Positions 13,335 through 26,600 of a DNA stretch of 64,000 nt are shown here, in pieces. The notes under the pieces are model-generated. The model was not told where the DNA came from. It saw only the letters and a program-made list of their open reading frames with translations, and searched no databases. How positions within the stretch are numbered: the stretch's first letter is position 1; each line of letters starts with the position of its first letter. The position numbers and the translations under genes are program-made. The stretch spans positions 9,843,519 through 9,907,518 of the forward strand of contig CM082578.2 of NCBI GenBank assembly GCA_040954595.2. Direction: 5' to 3'. The stretch comes from Balanoglossus misakiensis. Its lineage: Eukaryota; Animalia; Hemichordata.

Positions 13335-16300
13335 TTGGAGCCACCTGGACCACTTCCACTTGGAAATTTCCGTCTAGCCTTCCGTGCATTTTCATTAGAG
13401 AGTCAGACGGCCACGCTGCTGCACGGACCACGAGAAGATGCGGAGAACTCTGCCCCCAAAACAGAGTTTCTCCGCTGGATAGTTTTCATGACGACAGCGG
13501 TAAGTAAAGTAACAGAAGTAGACACAGTTACTCAATTTTTGACCAGAAGCATGGGTTATTCTGTGGCGAGTTACGGACAGCTGAAAGCCAGACGTTTTCA
13601 CAACAGAATTGAAAAATTGGATGCGTCACAGTCGGACAGCTCGAGTCAGCGCTGCCCTGCTTTTTAATTCACAAATTCCCGCACCCTTTCGCGTTACTAA
13701 TGATATACGCTCTATCAAATTAAGACAAGTCGGTGTTTTAGCTCTACTGGTGGGCGGCATTTTCCCCATAAAAAACAAGGTAGTTTTTCGGGAAAGGGGA
13801 GGGGGGCTACGATGAATTGGTGGCGGGTTCGATGAATTGACAGCTACAGCGGGTACACGTGCAGCCAGCGTGTTTTCGGGTGTAAATGAATGCAAATTTT
13901 GTATTATACTACCAGACAATGGCAAAAGTACTGAGTAGGTTTTGAAACGCTTCATTAGAAACAGTTATTTTTGTGTGTCCGTGCAGTCTTTGCCAAAAAT
14001 ATTGTTGTCGGATTGTACAATGTTCCGCTTGGCTGTAGGCCTAAACTTGAAAATATGTAAATGTTCATAGTGCCATGCGGGCGTTTTAGACTACTTGTCT
14101 GACAACGAAGCCCTAGAACACATATTGTCGTCGTGTACAATATGCGAATGAACAACAGTTTAGCGTACGGTAATCACGGTTGATATTTGGTTTTGTGTAC
14201 ATGGAAAGGCATTCATTTTTTTTCTCATTTTGCAGATCGGAGGCCCCGGTGAACTGATGGTGTACGTTCAACGTGGATGCTATGATGTTACAAGCATGAT
14301 GTCAGAGTAAGCGGTATCAGCCATTTTTTTTGGCAATTTTTAAGAACTTTCAACGATTCTGACTGGTGCCGGTAGCCAGTTCAGCGAACCGATTTTGCAC
14401 AAATCCGAAGAATGCAACAATACGGATGCCATATGTGGATGTCATTACAGTTTTAAAACCAACATGACTACATGCTCGGTGCATGGGTCATTTTTGTTAC
14501 GGCACCAACAAGTTCATCGGCTTTGAATGCTTCGAAAGGTGCCCGTTGTTGTGAGTGTGTGTGTGCGCACGTGTGTGTCACGGTAAGTTGTACGGTATAT
14601 TTGGGCCATGCATCTAGACTACAATGAGGTGAGCGTTTGTATGTTCCATGGCTGAATGAAGACCAGCGGATTATCTGAGGTTCCAGAACAAGTGAGTGAT
14701 ATAGACATAAATAAAATCCCCGGTGCGGGTGGGTCCCATCCCTTAGACCGTTGGTTTAATATACAATGTAATTAATACGCGTTTTTTCAGATTTGTAATC
14801 TTTCGTCATTTTTCAATTAAAAAAAATGCACGTTGTACTGATAAACTGAGTGGTTTATTTCCGTACCGATCATCTTCGAGCGTGCGTAGTAGTTAACATA
14901 GGTTTTGTCAGAATTGTGATCTTTCGTCATTTTTCAATAAAAAAATATATTAAAAACATACACGTTGTACTGATAAACTGAGTGGTTTATTTCCGTACCG
15001 ATCATCTTCGAGCGTGCGTAGTAGTTAACATAGGTTTTGTCAGAATTGTGATCTTTCGTCATTTTTCAATAAAAAAATATATTAAAAACATACACGTTGT
15101 ACTGATAAACTGAGTGGTTTATTTCCGTACCGATCATCTTCCAGCGTGCGTAGTAGTTAATATAGGTTTTGTAAGATTTGTGATCTTTCGTCATTTTTCA
15201 ATAAAAAAATATATTTAAAAAATGCACGTTGTACAGATAAACTGAGTGGTTTATTTCCGTACCGATCATCTTCGAGCGTGCGTAGTAGTTAACATAGGTT
15301 TTGTCAGATTTGTGATCTTTCGTCATTTTTCAATAAAAAAATATATTAAAAACATACACGTTGTACTGATAAACTGAGTGGTTTATTTCCGTACCGATCA
15401 TCTTCGAGCGTGCGTAGTAGTTAATATAGGTTTTGTCAGATTTGTGATCTTTCGTCATTTTTCAATAAAAAAATATATTTAAAAAATGCACGTTGTACAG
15501 ATAAACTGAGTGGTTTATTTCCGTACCGATCATCTTCGAGCGTGCGTAGTAGTTAACATAGGTTTTGTCAGATTTGTGACCTTTCGTCATTTTCAATAAA
15601 ATATTAAAAACGTACACGTATGTCTCCGTTAGCCTGTTTTATGGTAAAATAAGTTATTTACTTTCATTTTTATTGTTGAGATTTGTAATCTTTACCCATT
15701 TACCACAACTGCAATCAATAAAACGTTATCGAAACGTACTAGTATAACCCGAGTGGTTTATTTTGCATCTAGTACAACCTGGCATTCGTCTTTGTGGTAC
15801 AGTTATCGTGGTAGATGTTTCCTTCGTGTTCATGAATATTCACTTTCATTTGCTTGTTTTGCAGATGCAGAGACCAGGGTTTTTTTCGCCATGCAGCGGT
15901 ATAGCTGGGTGAGGTAAGGGCAGGTATGTTCCATGACAGAACGATCATGATTATTACATACATTCACTTCATTTCCTTGTTTTGCAGATCCAGAGACGAG
16001 ATCAACTCATAATAGTATTCATCAACAAAGCTGGGGCCTAAGCTACTAGTTTTGTCGCCATACAGCAGTACAGCTGGCCGATGCGGTAAGGGCAGTATCT
16101 TCAATGGCTGAACGAAGACCAGAGGTTTCAGGTTTGACAAGCGATATAGACATCAGAGCCCCTCTTTTCATGCATGGAGGCCATTTTGAATTTTTTTTCG
16201 ATTCAGACTGATGCCGTTTCCCAGTCGAGCGAACCGATTTTTCACAAACCTGCATGTAACAATATGGAACCGGTAAAATATGTGGATGTTTTAAAATCGA

Positions 16301-17100
16301 CCTGACTGCTAGATGCAAGGTGTGGCCATTTTGTTATGGCACAAACATGTCAGCCATCTTTTACATACTTTTCATTTATTCCAGAGATTCCATAGATGAT
16401 GCCAAGATGATTGCCAGCCTGCGTGATTGATGTCCAGAGATTACCGTATGGTTGTGGGAAGGTAAGAATTGTGGGAAAGAAAATTGAAGCAATGACTTAG
16501 ACAATACATGGGTAGGGGTGGGGGGTGTATTTGTTCACGATGTCCAAGAGTTGTCGGTTCAACTAAGTGCAATTATAAGCTTATATGGGCAGATCTCTAT
16601 CGTTGTTGCAGTAGAGTTGAATCAAGTTGCCAAATAGAGAGTGAAATTCCAGGCAGCCATACAGATTTGCATGATTACCTTCTGCGAATGAACAACAATT
16701 GGCTGTGCAGTGGCTTTGTTTCATGTTCATGAATATTAAAGACAGTCATTTTTACATTTCTTGTTTTGCAGATTCAAATACCAGATGGGTATCCGGCAAC
16801 CAAGCTTAGGACGAAGTGTCCATTTACCGCGATGCAGCTGTAACTGTTACTGGCAGTCTGCAGTGACCATCTAACATATAATGACAATAGTATTTCCATT
16901 GATGTTTACCAAGCTGATGCAATGCTGTGGTTGGAAAATTTGGCATGATTTTGTAAATTACAACTCGTTGATTTTCTTTCCCTTTTCATATTGTAAGTAT
17001 ACAGTTAACACTGTATACATGTATCCTCTTGTTTGAGATTAAAATTTTCAATGGACAAGATTAAACTGAAATACTTGTGTCTGTATCATTTTATTACCCC
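13335..17100 (+). ncRNA. Putative spliced non-coding transcript (or decayed gene) in the left arm, pointing toward the satellite; ends approximate
   Basis: Alternating consensus acceptors and donors: donor 13500; exons 14236-14306, 15865-15913, 15988-16085 and 16385-16461; last acceptor 16771. Exons 15988-16085 and 16385-16461 have stops in all three frames. Confidence 0.45.
14780..15620 (+). repeat. 132-bp minisatellite, ~6 copies (left arm)
   Basis: cgttgtac recurs at 14831, 14963, 15095, 15227, 15359 and 15491. Confidence 0.95.
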
Positions 17101-17687
17101 AACACTGTCTTGATGTTGAGATAATTGAAACGGGTAAAATCAAAGGTCGACCCGTTAATTTGTAGCAAACTCGATTTTCCCATTAAAACTCAAAAAAGCG
17201 TCAGGTTTGCAACCATTATAGATACATGTACTGACAAATGAAAAGAAGATGAAAAGTAGTCACAATTTTGGCAAACTAACTCTGTTCCCGTAATTGGCCT
17301 TGGCAAATTAGACCTTCCTCTTTGCTTCCTACTGACGCTCAGGAAATTCAAAAGTATCAAAAATTCTGGAAATTTGATGCGTTTTCTATATTTGCTAAAA
17401 TGTTCAACAGTATGTCGAAAGTTGCCACAAATGAAAAGTCTGTACCAAAACTAAACATGTAAATTGAATGCTAAATTTGCAAACCGTGTCCCCTAAACTT
17501 TAGCTATAGCATTACCACAGTATGAACGCCACAAACAAAATTTGTCCCGACTTGATATTTAATCTGGTCCCACCTCCCCCGCAATGCATCCAAGTGTCTG
17601 AGCTCCTAATTATTGATTTCAACAGGAAGCAAAGGGAGGGGGAGGGCCATGACGTACGTCGCTGATGGCGCCATAATATTCATCATT

Positions 17688-20600
17688 AACGTCTCAAAAT
17701 GACAAAATCACCAAAGTTCGCAAAGTCGGAAATTCTCATTTTTCACAATTTTCATGAGCAATAACCCATGAAAAACGTCTCAAAATGACAAAATCATCAA
17801 ATTTCGCAAGGTCGGAAATTTGTCATTTTTTGATGATTTTCATGAGCTATAACCCATGATTTTTATCAAAAAATGAAGAAATTTGGACATTTCGCAAAGT
17901 CGAAAATTTGTCATTTTTTGATGATTTTCATGAGCTATAACCCATGATTTTTATCAAAAGATGAAGAAATTTGGACATTTCGCAAAGTCGAAAAATTGTC
18001 ATTATTGGATGGTTTTCATCAGATATAACCCATGATTTTTATCAAAAGATGAAGAAATTTGGAGATTTCGCAAAGCCGAAAAATTGTCATTTTTTGATGA
18101 TTTTCATGAGCTATAACCCATGATTTTTATCAAATATCGACGAAATTTGGAGATTTCGCAAAGTCGAAAAATTGTCATTTTTTGATGATTTTCATGAGCT
18201 ATAACCCATGTTTTTTGTCAAAAATCGACGAAATTTCGAGATTTCGCAAAGTTGAAAAATTGTCATTTTTTGATGATTTCCATGAGCTATAACCCATGAT
18301 TTTTATCAAAAATCGACGAAATTTCGAGATTTCGAAAAGTCGAAAAATTGTCATTTTTTGATGATTTTCATGAGCTATAACCCATGATTATTATCACAAG
18401 ATGAAGAAATTTGGAGATTTCACAAAGTCGAAAAATTGTCATTTTTTGATGATTTTCATGAGCTATAACCCATGATTTTTTATGAAAAATCGACGAAATT
18501 TCGAGATTTCGCAAAGTCAAAAAATTGTCATTTTTTGATGATTTTCATGAGCTATAACCCATGATTATTATCAAAAGATGAAGAAATTTGCAGATTTCAC
18601 AAAGTCGAAAAATTCTCATTTTTTGATGATTTTCATGAGCTATAACCCATGATTTTTATCAAAAATTGACGAAATTTCGAGATTTCGCAAAGTCGAAAAA
18701 TTGTCATTTTTTGATGATTTTCATGAGCTATAACCCATGATTTTTATCAAAAATCGACGAAATTTCGAGATTTCGCAAAGTCGAAAAATTGTCATTTTTG
18801 ATGATTTACATGAGCTATAACCCATGATTTTTATCAAAAATCGACGAAATTTCGAGATTTCGCAAAGTCGAAAAATTGTCATTTTTTGATGATTTTCATG
18901 AGCTATAACCCATGATTTTTATCAAAAATCGACGAAATTTCGAGATTTCGCAAAGTCGAAAAATTGTCATTTTTTGATGATTTTCATGAGCTATAACCCA
19001 TGATTTTTATCAAAAAATGAAGAAATTTGAAGATTTCGCAAAGTCGAAAAATTGTCATTTTTTGATGATTTTCATGAGCTATAACCCATGATTTTTATCA
19101 AAAATCGACGAAATTTGGAGATTTCGCAAAGTCGAAAAATTGTCATTTTTTGATGATTTCCATGAGCTATAACCCATGATATTTATCAAAAAATGAAGAA
19201 ATGTGGGCATTTCGCAAAGTCGAAAAATTGTCATTTTTAGAAGATTTTCATGACCTATAACCCATGATTATTATCAAAAATCGACGAAATTTCGAGATTT
19301 CGCAAAGTCGAAAAATTGTCATTTTTTGATGATTTTCATGAGCTATAACCCATGATTTCTATCAAAAATCGACGAAATTTCGAGATTTCGCAAAGTCGAA
19401 AAATTGTCATTTTTTGATGATTTTCATGAGCTATAACCCATGATTTTTATCAAAAATCGACGAAATTTCGAGATTTCGCAAAGTCGAAAAATTGTCATTT
19501 TTTGATGATTTTCATGAGCTATAACCCATGATTTCTATCAAAAATCGACGAAATTTCGAGATTTCGCAAAGTCGAAAAATTGTCATTTTTTGATGATTTT
19601 CATGAGCTATAACCCATGATTTTTATCAAAAATCGACGAAATTTCGAGATTTCGCAAAGTCGAAAAATTGTCATCTTTTGATGATTTTCATAAGCTATAA
19701 CCCATGATTATTATCACAAGATGAAGCAATTTGGAGATTTCGCAAAGTCGAAAAATTGTCATTTTTTGATGATTTTCATGAGCTATAACCCATGATTTTT
19801 ATCAAAAATCGACGAAATTTCGAGGTTTCGCAAAGTCGAAAAATTGTCATTTTTGATGATTTACATGAGCTATAACCCATGATTTTTATCAAAAATCGAC
19901 GAAATTTCGAGATTTCGCAAAGTCGAAAAATTGTCATTTTTTGATGATTTTCATGAGCTATAACCCATGATTTTTATCAAAAATCGACGAAATTTCGAGA
20001 TTTCGCAAAGTCGAAAAATTGTCATTTTTTGATGATTTTCTTGAGCTATAACCCATGATTTTTATCAAAAAATGAAGAAATTTGAAGATTTCGCAAAGTC
20101 GAAAAATTGTCATTTTTTGATGATTTTCATGAGCTATAACCCATGATTTTTATCAAAAATCGACGAAATTTGGAGATTTCGCAAAGTCGAAAAATTGTCA
20201 TTTTTTGATGATTTCCATGAGCTATAACCCATGATATTTATCAAAAAATGAAGAAATGTGGGCATTTCGCAAAGTCGAAAAATTGTCATTTTTAGAAGAT
20301 TTTCATGACCTATAACCCATGATTATTATCAAAAATCGACGAAATTTCGAGATTTCGCAAAGTCGAAAAATTGTCATTTTTTGATGATTTTCATGAGCTA
20401 TAACCCATGATTTCTATCAAAAATCGACGAAATTTCGAGATTTCGCAAAGTCGAAAAATTGTCATTTTTTGATGATTTTCATGAGCTATAACCCATGATT
20501 TTTATCAAAAATCGACGAAATTTCGAGATTTCGCAAAGTCGAAAAATTGTCATTTTTTGATGATTTTCATGAGCTATAACCCATGATTTCTATCAAAAAT

Positions 20601-23600
20601 CGACGAAATTTCGAGATTTCGCAAAGTCGAAAAATTGTCATTTTTTGATGATTTTCATGAGCTATAACCCATGATTTTTATCAAAAATCGACGAAATTTC
20701 GAGATTTCGCAAAGTCGAAAAATTGTCATCTTTTGATGATTTTCATAAGCTATAACCCATGATTATTATCACAAGATGAAGCAATTTGGAGATTTCGCAA
20801 AGTCGAAAAATTGTCATTTTTTGATGATTTTCATGAGCTATAACCCATGATTTTTATCAAAAATCGACGAAATTTCGAGGTTTCGCAAAGTCGAAAAATT
20901 GTCATTTTTTGATGATTTTCATGAGCTATAACCCATGATTTTTATCAATAAATGAAGAAATTTGGAGATTTCGCAAAGCCGAAAAATTGTCATTTTTTGA
21001 TGATTTTCATGAGCTATAACCCATGATTTTTATCAAAAATCGACGAAATTTCGAGATTTCGCAAAGTCGAAAAATTGTCATTTTTTGATGATTTTCATGA
21101 GCTATAACCCATGATTTTTATCAAAAAATGAAGAAATTTGGAGATTTCGCAAAGTCGAAAAATTGTCATTTTTTGATGATTTTCATGAGCTATAACCCAT
21201 GATTTTTATCAAAAATCGACGAAATTTCTAGATTTCGCAAAGTCGAAAAATTGTCATTTTTTGATGATTTTCATGAGCTATAACCCATGATTTTTATCAA
21301 AAATCGACGAAATTTCGAGATTTCGCAAAGTCGAAAAATTGTCATTTTTTGATGATTTTCATGAGCTATAACCCATGATTTTTATCAAAAAATGAAGAAA
21401 TTTGGAGATTTCGCAAAGTCGAAAAATTGTCATTTTTTGATGATTTTCATGAGCTATAACACATGATTTTTATCAATAAATGAAGAAATTTGGAGATTTC
21501 GCAAAGTCGAAAAATTGTCATTTTTTGATGATTTTCATGAGCTATAACCCATGATTTTTATCAAAAATCGACGAAATTTCGAGTCGAAAAATTGTCATTT
21601 TTTGATGATTTTCATGAGCTATAACCCATGATTTTTATCAAAAATCGACGAAATTTCGAGATTTCGCAAAGTCGAAAAATTGTCATTTTTTGATGATTTT
21701 CATGAGCTATAACCCATGATTTTTATCAAAAATCGACGAAATTTCGAGATTTCGCAAAGTCGAAAAATTGTCATTTTTGATGATTTACATGAGCTATAAC
21801 CCATGATTTTTATCAAAAATCGACGAAATTTCGAGATTTCGCAAAGTCGAAAAATTGTCATTTTTTGATGATTTTCATGAGCTATAACCCATGATTTTTA
21901 TCAAAAATGGACGAAATTTCGAGATTTCGCAAAGTCGAAAAATTGTCATTTTTTGATGATTTTCATGAGCTATAACCCATGATTTTTATCAAAAAATGAA
22001 GAAATTTGGTGATTTCGCAAAGTCGAAAAATTGTCATTTTTTGATGATTTTCATGAGCTATAACCCATGATTTTTATCAAAAATCGACGAAATTTCGAGA
22101 TTTCGCAAAGTCGAAAAATTGTCATTTTTAGATGATTTTCATGAGCTATAACCCATGATTTTTATCAAAAATCGACGAAATTTCGAGATTTCGCAAAGTC
22201 GAAAAATTGTCATTTTTTGATGATTTTCATGAGCTATAACCCATGATTTTTATCAAAAAATGAAGAAATTTGGAGATTTCGCAAAGTCGAAAAATTGTCA
22301 TTTTTTGATGATTTTCATGAGCTATAACCCATGATTTTTATCAAAAAATGAAGAAATTTCGAGATTTCGCAAAGTCGAAAAATTGTCATTTTTTGATGAT
22401 TTTCATGAGCTAAAACACATGATTTTTATCAAAAATCGACGAAATTTCGAGATTTCGCAAAGTCGAAAAATTGTCATTTTTTGATGATTTTCATGAGCTA
22501 TAACCCATGATTTTTATCAAAAATCGACGAAATTTCGAGTCGAAAAATTGTCATTTTTTGATGATTTTCATGAGCTATAACCCATGATTTTTATCAAAAA
22601 TCGACGAAATTTCGAGATTTCGCAAAGTCGAAAAATTGTCATTTTTTGATGATTTTCATGAGCTATAACCCATGATTTTTATCAAAAATCGACGAAATTT
22701 CGAGATTTCGCAAAGTCGAAAAATTGTCATTTTTTGATGATTTTCATGAGCTATAACCCATGATTTTTATCAAAAAATGAAGAAATTTGGAGATTTCGCA
22801 AAGTCGAAAAATTGTCATTTTTTGATGATTTTCATGAGCTATAACCCATGATTTTTATCAAAAATGGACGAAATTTCGAGATTTCGCAAAGTCGAAAAAT
22901 TGTCATTTTTAGATGATTTTCATGAGCTATAACCCATGATTTTTATCAAAAATCGACGAAATTTCGAGATTTCGCAAAGTCGAAAAATTGTCATTTTTTG
23001 ATGATTTTCATGAGCTATAACACATGATTTTTATCAAAAATCGACGAAATTTCGAGATTTCGCAAAGTCGAAAAATTGTCATTTTTTGATGATTTTCATG
23101 AGCTATAACCCATGATTTTTATCAAAAAATGAAGAAATTTGGAGATTTCGCAAAGTCGAAAAATTGTCATTTTTTGATGATTTTCATGAGCTATAACCCA
23201 TGATTTTTATCAAAAATCGACGAAATTTCGAGATTTCGCAAAGTCGAAAAATTGTCATTTTTAGATGATTTTCATGAGCTATAACCCATGATTTTTATCA
23301 AAAATCGACGAAATTTCGAGATTTCGCAAAGTCGAAAAATTGTCATTTTTTGATGATTTTCATGAGCTATAACACATGATTTTTATCAAAAATCGACGAA
23401 ATTTCGAGATTTCGCAAAGTCGAAAAATTGTCATTTTTTGATGATTTTCATGAGCTATAACCCATGATTTTTATCAAAAAATGAAGAAATTTGGAGATTT
23501 CGCAAAGTCGAAAAATTGTCATTTTTTGATGATTTTCATGAGCTATAACCCATGATTTTTATCAAAAATCGACGAAATTTCGAGTCGAAAAATTGTCATT

Positions 23601-26600
23601 TTTTGATGATTTTCATGAGCTATAACCCATGATTTTTATCAAAAATCGACGAAATTTCGAGATTTCGCAAAGTCGAAAAATTGTCATTTTTTGATGATTT
23701 TCATGAACTATAACCCATGATTTTTATCAAAAAATGAAGAAATTTGGGCATTTCTCAAAGTCGAAAAATTGTCATGTTTTGATGATTTTCATGAGCTATA
23801 ACCCATGATTTTTATCAAAAAATGAAGAAATTTGGAGATTTCGCAAAGTCGAAAAATTGTCATTTTTTGATGATTTTCATGAGCTATAACCCATGATTTT
23901 TATCAAAAAATGAAGAAATTTGGAGATTTCGCAAAGTCGAAAAATTGTCATTTTTTGATGATTTTCATGAGCTATAACCCATGATTTTTATCAAAAATCG
24001 ACGAAATTTCGAGATTTCGCAAAGTCGAAAAATTGTCATTTTTAGATGATTTTCATGAGAGTATAACCCATGATTTTTATCAAAAATCGACGAAATTTCG
24101 AGATTTCGCAAAGTCGAAAAATTGTCATTTTTTGATGATTTTCATGAGCTATAACCCATGATTTTTATCAAAAATCGACGAAATTTCGAGATTTCGCAAA
24201 GTCGAAAAATTGTCATTTTTTGATGATTTTCATGAGCTATAACCCATGATTTTTATCAAAAATCGACGAAATTTCGAGATTTCGCAAAGTCGAAAAATTG
24301 TCATTTTTTGATGATTTTCATGAGCTATAACCCATGATTTTTATCAAAAATCGACGAAATTTCGAGATTTCGCAAAGTCGAAAAATTGTCATTTTTTGAT
24401 GATTTTCATGAGCTATAACCCATGATTTTTATCAAAAATCGACGAAATTTCGAGATTTCGCAAAGTCGAAAAATTGTCATTTTTTGATGATTTTCATGAG
24501 CTATAACCCATGATTTTTATCAAAAAATGAAGAAATTTGGAGATTTCGCAAAGTCGAAAAATTGTCATTTTTTGATGATTTTCATGAGCTATAACCCATG
24601 ATTTTTATCAAAAATGGACGAAATTTCGAGATTTCGCAAAGTCGAAAAATTGTCATTTTTAGATGATTTTCATGAGCTATAACCCATGATTTTTATCAAA
24701 AATCGACGAAATTTCGAGATTTCGCAAAGTCGAAAAATTGTCATTTTTTGATGATTTTCATGAGCTATAACACATGATTTTTATCAAAAATCGACGAAAT
24801 TTCGAGATTTCGCAAAGTCGAAAAATTGTCATTTTTTGATGATTTTCATGAGCTATAACCCATGATTTTTATCAAAAAATGAAGAAATTTGGAGATTTCG
24901 CAAAGTCGAAAAATTGTCATTTTTTGATGATTTTCATGAGCTATAACCCATGATTTTTATCAAAAATCGACGAAATTTCGAGATTTCGCAAAGTCGAAAA
25001 ATTGTCATTTTTAGATGATTTTCATGAGCTATAACCCATGATTTTTATCAAAAATCGACGAAATTTCGAGATTTCGCAAAGTCGAAAAATTGTCATTTTT
25101 TGATGATTTTCATGAGCTATAACACATGATTTTTATCAAAAATCGACGAAATTTCGAGATTTCGCAAAGTCGAAAAATTGTCATTTTTTGATGATTTTCA
25201 TGAGCTATAACCCATGATTTTTATCAAAAAATGAAGAAATTTGGAGATTTCGCAAAGTCGAAAAATTGTCATTTTTTGATGATTTTCATGAGCTATAACC
25301 CATGATTTTTATCAAAAATCGACGAAATTTCGAGTCGAAAAATTGTCATTTTTTGATGATTTTCATGAGCTATAACCCATGATTTTTATCAAAAATCGAC
25401 GAAATTTCGAGATTTCGCAAAGTCGAAAAATTGTCATTTTTTGATGATTTTCATGAACTATAACCCATGATTTTTATCAAAAAATGAAGAAATTTGGGCA
25501 TTTCTCAAAGTCGAAAAATTGTCATGTTTTGATGATTTTCATGAGCTATAACCCATGATTTTTATCAAAAAATGAAGAAATTTGGAGATTTCGCAAAGTC
25601 GAAAAATTGTCATTTTTTGATGATTTTCATGAGCTATAACCCATGATTTTTATCAAAAAATGAAGAAATTTGGAGATTTCGCAAAGTCGAAAAATTGTCA
25701 TTTTTTGATGATTTTCATGAGCTATAACCCATGATTTTTATCAAAAATCGACGAAATTTCGAGATTTCGCAAAGTCGAAAAATTGTCATTTTTAGATGAT
25801 TTTCATGAGAGTATAACCCATGATTTTTATCAAAAATCGACGAAATTTCGAGATTTCGCAAAGTCGAAAAATTGTCATTTTTTGATGATTTTCATGAGCT
25901 ATAACCCATGATTTTTATCAAAAATCGACGAAATTTCGAGATTTCGCAAAGTCGAAAAATTGTCATTTTTTGATGATTTTCATGAGCTATAACCCATGAT
26001 TTTTATCAAAAATCGACGAAATTTCGAGATTTCGCAAAGTCGAAAAATTGTCATTTTTTGATGATTTTCATGAGCTATAACCCATGATTTTTATCAAAAA
26101 TCGACGAAATTTCGAGATTTCGCAAAGTCGAAAAATTGTCATTTTTTGATGATTTTCATGAGCTATAACCCATGATTTTTATCAAAAAATGAAGAAATTT
26201 GGAGATTTCGCAAAGTCGAAAAATTGTCATTTTTTGATGATTTTCATGAGCTATAACCCATGATTTTTATCAAAAATCGACGAAATTTCGAGATTTCGCA
26301 AAGTCGAAAAATTGTCATTTTTAGATGATTTTCATGAGAGTATAACCCATGATTTTTATCAAAAATCGACGAAATTTCGAGATTTCGCAAAGTCGAAAAA
26401 TTGTCATTTTTTGATGATTTTCATGAGCTATAACCCATGATTTTTATCAAAAATCGACGAAATTTCGAGATTTCGCAAAGTCGAAAAATTGTCATTTTTT
26501 GATGATTTTCATGAGCTATAACCCATGATTTTTATCAAAAATCGACGAAATTTCGAGATTTCGCAAAGTCGAAAAATTGTCATTTTTTGATGATTTTCAT

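Larger units (their letters stand above)
13269..17687 (+). repeat. Left arm of long inverted repeat (~4.4 kb)
   Basis: Near-identical reverse complement of 34478-39146 with scattered substitutions and small indels. Confidence 0.97.

Noticed and set aside
14645-14690. Intronic C/D snoRNA (atgaaga...ctga)
   Set aside because: The boxes are too close together and the D box is not retained in the sister modules.
13335-16732. Short ORFs in the arms (and mirror copies at 35167-39075) as a transposase or other proteins
   Set aside because: All are 110 aa or shorter with no DDE, HUH or tyrosine-recombinase motifs. They are paired only because the DNA is duplicated, and some differ by frameshifts between arms.
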